Assembly: GCA_032718475.1 (NCBI GenBank)
Contig: JAUCBJ010002412.1
Location: 1-42,814 of the forward strand
DNA length: 42,814 bases
Reading direction: 5' to 3'
Source of the DNA: Nemertoderma westbladi
Lineage: Eukaryota; Animalia; Xenacoelomorpha
This document shows positions 24,510-34,741 of the stretch, piece after piece. The stretch's first letter is position 1, and every line of letters begins with the position of its first letter. The position numbers were made by a program, and so were the translations under genes. The notes beneath the pieces were generated by a model. That model was not told the DNA's origin and did no database searches. It saw only the letters and a list, made by a program, of their open reading frames with translations.

Positions 24510-24660
24510 CGGAAGTACCGGTTAGGACAGTTAGGCCTACGGACCTACAGAAGTACCGGTTCTGGCAGTTGGACCTACGGACCTACGGCAGTACCGGTTC
24601 TGGCAGTTGGGCCCACTGACCTACAGATGTACCGGTTCAGGTTTACCGGTTGACCGGTAC
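24510..24660. repeat. Short tandem array (~38 bp, GTACCGGTT..CAGTTGG.CCTACGGACCTAC)
   Basis: About four units immediately inside the 5' LTR. Confidence 0.8.
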
Positions 24661-24693
24661 TTTCAACTTTATTGCTTACTGCAATAAAGAAGC

Positions 24694-24705
24694 TATATCC
24701 GTTAT
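24694..24705 (-). promoter_or_regulatory. Non-canonical primer-binding site (ATAACGGATATA), complementary to LTR 25443-25454
   Basis: Abuts the 5' LTR, has no TGG, and is a perfect 12-nt inverted match inside the LTR. Confidence 0.55.
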
Positions 24706-25948
24706 TGTTCGCGCTTTCAGACCTTTGGCAGTTTAACCCGCCAAATTAGGATGTCTTCTAGATAATAAATCACCTTTAGTCTATGACAAGTATTTAATTC
24801 ACTACACTAGTCGAAACCAATCTGTGCGCGATCATTCACCCGCTGGATATACCCGGGAGATTGGGTTCGACGGCTTAATTTTATTGCTATGTAAGCCTAA
24901 TGTATTATTCGACTGACAGTATTATATAATCTCTGACAATATTATTCACCTTCGGGAAATATTAACAGTTCCTTTAGGACGTGGCGCTCTATCTATACAA
25001 ACAGAGTTATGACTTAAACTACTCACAACGATATGGCTTAGTTACAATTCACATATATGGCGCATTCTTTAGGAAATGCTTCGTTATCAGTCTCACTCAT
25101 ACACAATGCTGCACAATACTGCACACTGATCTGCCGATCTTCACTGATTTTAGTCACATATAAAAGGAACACGGACCGAATCATGTAGGGTCTATCAAAT
25201 AACATTAGATTCACTTCAAACCACTCAACATAGGTCGCAATCATTTATCTGTAACCTTTCTCTCTTACCTTCGGTATATCAAGAATATTGGGTTTTCGGG
25301 GTTATTTGTCGTTATTCCAAATATAATAATTCATCAACCATATTATGAAGAACTGACAGTAAATAGCAGTATAACAATATAAAAGTATGCACAGTGTTAC
25401 ACAGTATGCAGTGTATGCAGTACTGCAGTATGCAGTATGCAGATAACGGATATATGTCCTTATAATTAAGCCTACTAGTGTAGGGCTAAAGCAGAAAAGC
25501 ACAAAATACTCTAAAGCCGTTCTTCCTGGCTTAGAATCACCAACAACACTGATAAGAATAACTATAAGAATACCAGCTACCCTTATTCCACGAAGCTCCC
25601 GTTCAACACAGAGAAAGAGCAGTGAGATAGGAAAATTTCAGTTCAGTAGATCTGTGATAGGTCAAAATCAAGGCTAACTCAAATTCTATTGGCAGATACA
25701 GAAAGTTGCAACGTGGCAATATCAGCCGTTAGCCGTCGTCATGGTAGCGACACTGTTTTCAAGAGTATCGAGCCTTTTACGTCACGAAATTACAGATTAT
25801 GTCCTCTAAAGTACAAATACAGAAGAAATGGCTTTTATGTCCTCCAAAACACCAGTACAGCAAGGACGCGGCCTTTTTATGCCTGGTAAACCAACCACAG
25901 AGTACTTTACGGGGATAATAACCGGCTAATTACGCAAAAGCTTTTACA
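24706..25948 (-). repeat. 5' LTR
   Basis: Reads TGTAAAAG...CGCGAACA on the minus strand, with AATAAA on the minus strand near 24881-24886. Confidence 0.97.
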
Positions 25949-28277
25949 ACTGCTCTTTTTTCCCAACAAATAAAAAATTATGCAAACTGAAAGTAAACAA
26001 ACACTGTCTGTTTATGTTGAATAGTAGGCCTACTTTAAACGAATCTGGACCTAACTGGACCGATAATGTGGTGAACTAGATCGCCAAATTAAGGTTCATT
26101 TAAAAACAATTTTTCATGCACTCAGGTGAAATAAATATTGAATTTGATTCGGTTTTTAAAATATTTTAAATTTAGTTGCGATTAATCTGTCGATAAATTA
26201 AGATTTTGTTTCTACTCATTACATAGGCTACCGTAACTGTTTATACCGGTCGCGGTAGCAGGATTAAAGATTGAAGCATTTGTGTAAAGGTTGCTGGCTT
26301 ACGATGTTGCAAGACATTAGCAAGGTACGTACACATAGGCGTACGGGCAGGGCAGGGGGGCAACTGCCCCCCCCCCCCCCCCCCCCCCCACCCCCAGCAA
26401 ATTTCTTTGGGGCGAAATTACAGGCATAAAGGGGGGCGAAATTGTTGAGTATTTAACCAGTAAAGCGTTTTCCTGCAGAATTATACTGTATTACTACAGT
26501 ATATATATACAGTATATACTGTTATACCGACCTGCAATGTAAAGTCATTAGTTTTATCAAAGTATTATTGGTTAAAAATGTCAACTACTTAGGGGGGGGG
26601 GGGGGGGGTAGCGCAAACATTATCGAAGGGTTTAAATTGTCATTACAGGAGAACCAAAATAGCCTAAGGATCCAACTACATACTACATTTGAGACCATCT
26701 TGGGCCAAAAAGTTCAGAAATGATGTTGAAATTTTATTTCTGTGCAGTCCAGACCATAAGCCACACGTATTTTTAAAAAACATTGAAAATCCTAATTCTG
26801 GAGAACGTCCCAAATTAATTTCGACCAAACTTTGCCAGGGAGTCACACTGCCACATATAAGGTGTCTGTTTATTGTTTGAATATAATTTTTCTTGGTTCG
26901 ATGTGAACTACTATGTACAACTCTAGGCCTACTTAACAAGTTATGGGGAAAGATATTGAAAAATTAGTCCTATCGCGATATAAATATAGTTCACTTCTCA
27001 TTCAAAGTAACATGAAAACTTTTCAATGAAACATAAATAAAATATTCAAATACAGTAGTTCTCACATGAATTATCTTCAAAATGAATCATAATCCACCTT
27101 ATCAGAATGAAGATTTCTCAAGAAATAGGATTTTTAAAATCCCCGATCGGGTAAAATGTTGTTGTTTCCCAGAAAACGCGTTTAAAAGATAAAGGTATAG
27201 AAATCAGTTCATAAATATCGATAATATTTAAAAATTAGAGATCTATGATGTTTAAGCTACAGTATATTATTTTCATTATTCATTAATAGCCTGGTCACAT
27301 TCAGATGGAATTATGAAAACTGCCATAGTAAATACAGTAGCAATAGTCATAGGGAGGGTCAATCACCTACAGTATAGTACTTCTCGTTATTTATGACTGC
27401 AATGCTGTACAGTATTTTACCGGAAGCTTGAAGATGGCTTAACAAATGCCATATTATTCAATAATCATAAAACAACTGCCTTCTATATCGCCAGACTGCC
27501 CTACCGGTAGAGTACCCGTACCTACTGGTGCTTAGATCGTGGCTTTTCCAGTTAACATTATTCCACTTTGTATAAAACAAGTAATGTGGTTGGAGACACC
27601 TGCTAGGGCAGTAGGGGCTGCTACTAAGCAGCAACCAATCACGTTAATCCTTTTTAACACAGAGTCAATGAGAATGGAATATTGCTAACTTGAAAAAGTT
27701 CAGGTTACCATTATTCCAAATCTGTAATCACTCAAGCCATTTTATAATATTATAAGGTACAGTTATAATATATACCAGGCATATGCAAGAAAAAAAAATA
27801 CCGTAGTATAAATTATAAGTGGATTAGTTTAATTATATTACAATGATTTACTTTAATTACTGTATAATGAAATATTTATAATTAAGTTTGGTTTAGTAAT
27901 CAACATACTGTAGGCCTACTATACAGCATCTCATTGAAGTCTTGCCATGTAGTAATATTCAATGTAGGCAAAATCTGAAAATGCACGTCTCACATATGAG
28001 TTCATCACCCCGAAAGGATAGTTATAAAACCCGAAAATAACGAAAAAGACGAAATTATTAACGAAAATGTCGAAATTATACAACGTTGAATGGACAATAT
28101 CTCACTTTCCAGTACGATAGGTATTATTAGAAGGCACACTTTACATTTTTTAATTAATGAAATCCGATAATTTCGCCCCATTTTCGACTCTAAAAGTAAT
28201 TTAATACAGAAACTGTCTCTGCTGATTGGTTTTTAGGGGTAATCCAATGATGGCAAAACACTACAAGATGGCTATAG

Positions 28278-30749
28278 GGGCTGTTGCGCTGTCAGTCAGA
28301 GAGGTAACAGCCCATGGGGTAAGGATTTACCCATGGGGCGCTAACTATCAGATAGTCTGATACCAACTGTCAGACAGTCTTTTTCAACTATCAGATAGAT
28401 GATCGCCCAGTTCTGCAGTTACAAGTTGCCCTCAGTTGTATTTTTTAAACCTCGAGTGTTGTTGACGGAGTCTGCTGGTCTGTTACTTCCGAAATCGTTG
28501 ATCGTGGTGCCCGTGCCGGAATTCTGGCTTTGATTAAAAACACTGAACTGCTGAACGATGGCGGAATCTACGAAACCCGGCCGGATTCCTAATCCGAGGA
28601 GGCGACGGAGTCAATTAAACGTAAACAATGAAATGATCGCGATGGACAACGGAATGTCTATTCAATCCATAACGATACAATGGCGACGGAGTCTATTACA
28701 GTATTAAACACGCAACACGCAACCAAAGCGATCAGACGACGGCGAGGTAATCTACAAAACACAGAATGACAGGAAGGCGCGGAGTTTATTAAACCCAGTA
28801 AGATGGTGCATAGCGAAGCGATCGAGATAGATAACAGTCTATTACAGTATTAAACCTGGAACGAAGACGGTGGAGTCTGTGTTCCAAGCCTAACTAAACC
28901 TGGAACAATGCGAACAAGGCTACCGGTACTGTAAAGTTAGACTACACCGTAGACTGGTTTGTGAGAATAACTTGCCAATACTAACTCAATACAATTTGCT
29001 TTCTTCGAATTCCTAATAATATATTTTAATCTTAATAATAATTATTCAACATCAATTATTTTATAAGTCTTGTCAATGTATAAGATTGCTAAAGACTAAA
29101 GAGCTAACTTTAGGATAATCGGCCTTATATTTTTAGAATTATTATAATTAATTTTGTTATGTTTATAATGAATTGTATCTTTTGACAGACTACTTGATGC
29201 GCGACCGTGATAATAAAATGAAATGGTGCCGAAATATTTTCACTTAACTGCAGGTAGGGGGGGGGGGGGGTGGGGGGGGGCAATCAATATTCTTCCCTCT
29301 CCAGGTGAAAATCGACGCAAATAACAGATTGTTTACTACTAAAATAAAACTGCATCCTGTTCTATAGGAAAAAACATTATAGGGGAAATTTTAGCAAGTT
29401 TTGTTTATTTTAGCCGATAGACAAGATTACATGTTTACCAAGTTTGGTATAATTTAGTCAAAGATTGAATGAATTGCGATTTTAAATTATCAGTGGAGGG
29501 TGAAGGCGGCGGGCCAGGATTCAGTTTTACTTGAATAAAGAATAGTGATTAAACCAAGGGATACGCGATATATGACACTGCTGTATTGATTTCGAAACAT
29601 TTAATTCAAAACTATATAAATGTTAAAATAAATCTTGGATTTTTTTTGTAATAATTAACAGATGAATTATATTTCATTAATTTATTTTTTTTATCTAATC
29701 ACATTATTAAATAACGAAGCACAGAAATAATAATAAGATTGAATTGAAGGTACAGTACCGAATTGAATATTTGAGATTGCATAAGATAGAGTATTGAATA
29801 TCTTCGGCCGTCATCCCGTTGGTGACTCCATTGGCAACCATTTCGACAGTTTCGGCTCTTCAGTCCCCGAATAGACCGATGGTCGGCGTGGTTGCTGTCC
29901 TCATAACTGAGGCAGTGAGGCTGCATTACCAACCAAAATTGCCATCTCCAGGCGCTGGAGCAGAAACTGGCGTGACTGCGGTTCGTGGATGGCACTGTGG
30001 AGACGAGCCCCAATCTCCCGGGGGAAGGTGGATGTCTCTGGACCAGGGCGGCCAAAGGTCTCAAAGCAACGGGGTGAAAGAAATGGCCCCGGTCTATTAG
30101 GTCGCGATACTTAAAGTTTTTAATGCGCTCCGCCCCCAGCCCCCTCAGCTGAGTGCCCCCCGGCAATGATGGTTTGTTCAAGGTGGCTGGGGGCCAGTGG
30201 ATCTAGTAATAATTATCGCAAAGATATGATAAGGTAGGCCTACATGATATTAGTTTCTCAAACCAAAGCTATCCATCCATTGACGTCCAAATATATCCAA
30301 TTTCTCAATCCATACTAATCAGTATGTAATAATGTACACTGTAATGCAATAATATCAATGTCCAACCAAACAATGAGTTGAGTGTTATCGGACCAGCCTC
30401 CGAGAAATGTTAGGCTAACGGCACCTCGCTCTGTCGCATCAGTTTTTGTAGTGGTCTAGTCTAGTTCCAGGCTACCAGAATCCGTTAGTGGATGATATAG
30501 AATCAGCACATCCTGACATCTGTGCAACTCCTGAACTCAGGCGAGCATTTTACAGATGGTGGTCTAATTTTTATGGTGTTATACCGCGAAACCGTGTATT
30601 ATTTACAGATGTAGGCTAAATTTTGGGTCTTGTACCGTGCACAGTACTGGTGGGCCTACACAGCTTCTGCTATTTTGCCTAATACAGGTCCCAGAGGTAA
30701 ATCCTTACCCCAAGGGCTGTTACCTCTCTGACTGACAGCGCAACAGCCC
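28278..30749. mobile_element. Probable non-autonomous TIR element with 54-bp TIRs
   Basis: GGGCTGTTGCGCTGTCAGTCAGAGAGGTAACAGCCC..GGGGTAAGGATTTACC (28278-28331) is inverted at 30696-30749 with one mismatch. No TSD or transposase seen. Confidence 0.6.
29903..30205 (-). pseudogene. 3' remnant of an REL-endonuclease non-LTR retrotransposon (CRE-like)
   Basis: With frameshifts it reads DPLAP..AERIKNFKYRDL..FFHPVA(F)ETFGRPGP..REIG..EPQSRQFLLQRLEMAILVGNAAS. Confidence 0.7.
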
Positions 30750-32485
30750 TCTCTCCAAGATGGCGCTCAAATTAGGACAGCACAGTTAGAGTGTAGGCCT
30801 ATGCTGCTATGGCCTACAGCATTGCGTTGCGACTGCTGCACTGCAGTTCTGTGTAGTTACAAGTTACGATCACCAGTCAGCCTGTTCACATGCGCCACTT
30901 GCCTGGCAGTCACTGCTGCACTGTACAGTGTACAGTATAGTATAGCAGTCCTTGGTGTACACCTGTGGCTGTGGCTGTGACGCGGAGGTACCGTATGCCG
31001 TAATGGGTATATCAGTACTGCAGTATGTAGTGTTGGGTTAGGGTACCGGCTGACCGGACCGGTTGCGGTTCCTTTACCCCTGACAGCCTGACTGCCTGAA
31101 GGCTCAGAGGCTGTACCATGCTTGTAATTCACTAGAACACTGATCAGCTGATGCTGAATTGATTAATCCAAGCCGCCATTGGTCAACAACCTGCAGACCT
31201 GACCTGACAACACCCACCAACCAGCCAGCAGACAGTGTATTTGGTATTAAATTACTTTAAGGGCGAAAATGGGGCGAAATTATCGGATTTTATAATTAAA
31301 AAATGTAAAGTGTGCCTTCTAATAATACCGATCTCACTGGAAAGCGAGATTTTGTAGATTGTTTTATAATTTCGATATTTTCGTTGATAATTTCGCCTTG
31401 AAACATTGAACCTTCCCGTTGAAACTTCGTCAGTTCGTGCAACTGTGCAAACGCTACGGCCACGCTACATATTATCCATTCAATTGGTCCAAAGTGCAAA
31501 GGTCTGTAGGATTCCAAACACGCGAGTAACAAAAACAACAGTGCTGGACAGCGTGGAAATGGTTTAGTTCAGTCTGTCAGTAGTTTCGCTGTCGGTCCAC
31601 TTTATATGATTTGCTTGTTTTGTTAGTGTCTCGATAACACAGACAGACTGCAGACAGAGGTCAGGAGGTTGTTGTGTACTTCTTATCGATAAATTACATT
31701 CCACTACTTTTTTTAATCGTTTCACTACCAGATTAGGCCTACTGCATTACTGCTCCCCTCCCATGTATGATGTACTGTGACTACCATGACAAAGAATAAG
31801 GCCCATTCTGCCCTTGAAGGCTTAAAAGTATTGAATTAACAAAACCTGCTTAGGTACCGTATTACTGTATTAGCTTTATTCTGTTATTAGATTATTGTTG
31901 CTTCAATTCTTAATAATTGGCTTTGCTTTACCGGTACCTACTGTTCTGCATGTCTGCTACCCTACCGCTATAACTTCCCAACTTGTATAAACAGAAAGGA
32001 CAGCATGGTTAGGGTAGGCCGTAGTGAATACAGATAGGCCTACTGCATGTACTGAGATAGGTATGGAATATTGGCTGATTGCAGGATTGGTAACCTGAAC
32101 TTTTTCATGTTCAGATGTTAGCAATATTCCATTCCTGCATTCGCATTGACTCTGTGTTAAACAGGATTAACGTGATTGGTTGCTGCTTAGTACAGTAGTA
32201 GCAGCTTTCTCCAACCACGTCACATGTTTTATACAAAGCTGCAAAGTGCAAAGTGGAATACAGTGAATAATGTTAACTGGAAAAGCCACGATCTAACAGT
32301 CTAAGCACCAGTCCGGTACCTAGGCTAGGACAGTATGACTTCAGGACTTATTACAGTACAGCAGTACGAGTACGGTATTACAGTAATACGGCTGTACGGT
32401 ACGGTAGAATCATTAGCCTATAGCATTAGAATGATTACTTCAGTACTTACTATGTTACTTTGTTAGGCCTACTATATTACAGTAT

Positions 32486-33951
32486 GGTAACGCGTCATTA
32501 GGTCCTTTGGTCGTTAGGTCCCGCGTCATTAGGTCCTGTGAGTGGTCGTTAGGTCCTGCGGCATTAGGTCCTGCGGCGTTAAGTCCTGCGTCATTAGGTC
32601 CTGCGACATTAGGTCTTCTATAATAGCGTCATTGGGTCCTTTGGTCGTTAGGTCCTGCGTCATTAGGTCCTCTGCGGCTTTGGCGATTGGGGGGTTTCCA
32701 GATTTTTCAGTTTTTTTAATTTTTCATTTCACATTTCATTTTGTCATTTTTCATAGTTATAAAGTTAACGTTATGAGAAATATTTTCGACTAAAACAGGT
32801 CGAGCGCAACGAGGCTTGTAATGTTCTATGGTGATGACAGTGTGTCATCTTCAGTTCATCGTCAGTCTACGTTATGAAATATATTTTCGGATAAAACAGG
32901 ACGAGCGCAACGAGGCTTGTAATGTTCTATGGTGACGAGTACTGCGTCCCTAAACCATTCTCCTAAACCAATTGACTAGCACAGTTCCCATGAGCACTGC
33001 TCATACGACCTACAAAAATAGTTCACATAAATAGAAAAAAGTTCCCCCTCCCTCCCGCTCCCAAATAAACGCCCACTCAAAACTTGATTCAAATAGCCGC
33101 ACTACTTTTATCTTCAACATTACTAACACATATTTTCACATATGTTCAACAACATTAACATATGATAACACAAACACAACACTATAAAGAATGAATAAAT
33201 GATTAAAGTAAAAATTTAAAGTAAACGATTTTGAATGGTACCGGTATACAAAAATAACTCAGTTAAGTAGTTCTTTCATGTTCACGGTTAAGTAGTAATC
33301 CAACAATAAGAACTGGATCCTTACAGCAATGATTTCCCTGCGACTAACTTTTCCATTCGATCAAGGTATGGATACAGTAGCTGGGGTATTAGGATTGGAA
33401 TAATGTTGTCTGCCATGTGGTCAAATTTAGAAGCAAGATCATCCCTCGCCAACTTTATTTCGCGATCAATTCGTAGATAACTTGGTCGCTTTGGTCGGGC
33501 TACAGCTGTGCCAACCAGGCCTACCAGCCTACTGCAGTACAGCCCACCCACAGTCCAGATAGGTAGACTGTGGGATCTACCACCCCAGCACACTGCCTCG
33601 CAACGGCAGTAGGCCAACCTACCGTTTATACCAGTATACCGACCTACCCTTTCTACTACCGGTACCTACGATATTGCCATATACCTTGTATACCAGTATA
33701 CAGTGGCCTACCGGACACCGGTACCTGTCCTGCTGTCAGCCTGTTCACTGTACAGTAGTGGAATACAGGACCTAACGACGCAGGCAGGCAGGACCTAACG
33801 ACGCTCCACAGGACCTAACGTCGCACGATATGACACAACAGGACCTAATGACGCAGGACCTAATGTCGCAGGACCTAATGCCTCAGGACCTAACGACGCA
33901 GGACCTAACGACGCAGGACCTAACGACCAAAGGACCCAACGACGCGGAACC
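32486..33951 (-). mobile_element. MULE/Phantom-like (or Merlin-like) element with tandem-repeat TIRs and 8-bp TSD
   Basis: GG...CC termini. Inverted arrays of the 15-mer GTC(A/G)TTAGGTCCTGC at 32490-32670 and 33766-33950. TSD TACAGTAT at 32478-32485 and 33952-33959. Internal RPKRPSYLRIDREI..YLDRMEKLV resembles a MULE transposase C-terminus. Confidence 0.8.
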
Positions 33952-34063
33952 TACAGTATTACATAGTACAGTAGTATTGTGGCACTGTCAGACTGTGGGA
34001 CATCTGGCAGTACAGCAGTAAGCTGGGCTGTTCGAATAACTACCTACCAGACCTAGAAAAACG

Positions 34064-34741
34064 ATGAGTTACTTTACTCAAGGAGGGAGTCATGGTCGCA
34101 GACAACCTCAGTTCACTCGACGCAGCAGTGTACCGCAGTTCAATACAACTTCGCCGACAGTAAAGAAACGCGGCGGCCAAGACCCGCCGGTGAAGCAAGA
34201 CCTCAAGATATCGTTGGAAGAACTTTACAACGGTACCACTAAAAAACTTAAAATTACGCGAAAAGTTCCGGCCGCCGCAACTGGAGGCTTGAAAAACGAA
34301 GAGAAATTGATTAACGTCGATATAAAACCCGGTTGGAAGGAAGGAACTAAGATAACATTCCGTAACGAAGGCGACCAATACCCCGGTCGTGTCGCCGCTG
34401 ACATTATATTTACCGTAAAGGAGAAGCCCCATGAACACTTTACGCGGCAAGATAACGACCTATTATACAAAACTTCTGTGAGTCTAAGAGACGCGCTGTT
34501 GGGCTGCTCAGTAGTGGTGCCAACCATAGAGGGAGGCACCGTCCCGTTGGTACTCGAGTCCGGGAATATAACACCCGGCAGTGAGCACCGTATACCCGGG
34601 CGGGGGATGCCACGCAGTCGTCAGCCGACTAGCAGAGGGGATATTATCGTGGAGATTATGGTAGATTTACCGGAACGGTTGAGCGAGCAGCAGAAGGAAG
34701 TGGTTATAAACAATGTGCCGCCCTGGACGGAAGGCTCTTAG
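34064..34741 (+). CDS. DNAJB (Hsp40 class B) C-terminal substrate-binding domain protein lacking a J domain
   Basis: QDPPVKQDLKISLEELYNGTTKKLKITRK, IKPGWKEGTKITF.NEGDQ, ADIIF..KEKPH..FTR, SLRDALLG, GRGMP, RGDIIV. ATG in AAAACGATG context; in-frame TAA at 34037-34039. Confidence 0.9.
   Translation: MSYFTQGGSHGRRQPQFTRRSSVPQFNTTSPTVKKRGGQDPPVKQDLKISLEELYNGTTKKLKITRKVPAAATGGLKNEEKLINVDIKPGWKEGTKITFRNEGDQYPGRVAADIIFTVKEKPHEHFTRQDNDLLYKTSVSLRDALLGCSVVVPTIEGGTVPLVLESGNITPGSEHRIPGRGMPRSRQPTSRGDIIVEIMVDLPERLSEQQKEVVINNVPPWTEGS

Larger units (their letters stand above)
12679..25948 (-). mobile_element. BEL/Pao-family LTR retrotransposon, non-autonomous (Gag-PR only), 13270 bp
   Basis: Two 1243-bp direct repeats with TG...CA ends. 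TSD ACTGC at 12674-12678 and 25949-25953. BEL-type Gag/protease ORF on the minus strand. Confidence 0.95.
27525..32312. repeat. Nested diverged inverted repeats (27525-27710 / 32088-32312 and 28055-28207 / 31243-31385)
   Basis: Reverse-complement matches, e.g. GCAGCAACCAATCACGTTAATCC and TATTAGAAGGCACACTTTACATTTTT..AATCCGATAATTTCGCCCCATTTTCG. Confidence 0.85.

Noticed and set aside
26350-26610. Long G/C homopolymers as regulatory G-quadruplexes
   Set aside because: They are common within repeat fragments throughout the window, homopolymer lengths are error-prone, and there is no specific support.
30485-30545. HPD tripeptide as a possible J-domain exon for the DNAJB ORF
   Set aside because: The context LVDDIESAHPDICATPEL lacks J-domain helix II (KKAYRKLA) and HPDKN features.
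32542-34021. ORFs with IRSC and TQDL repeats
   Set aside because: Translations of the 15-bp TIR arrays.
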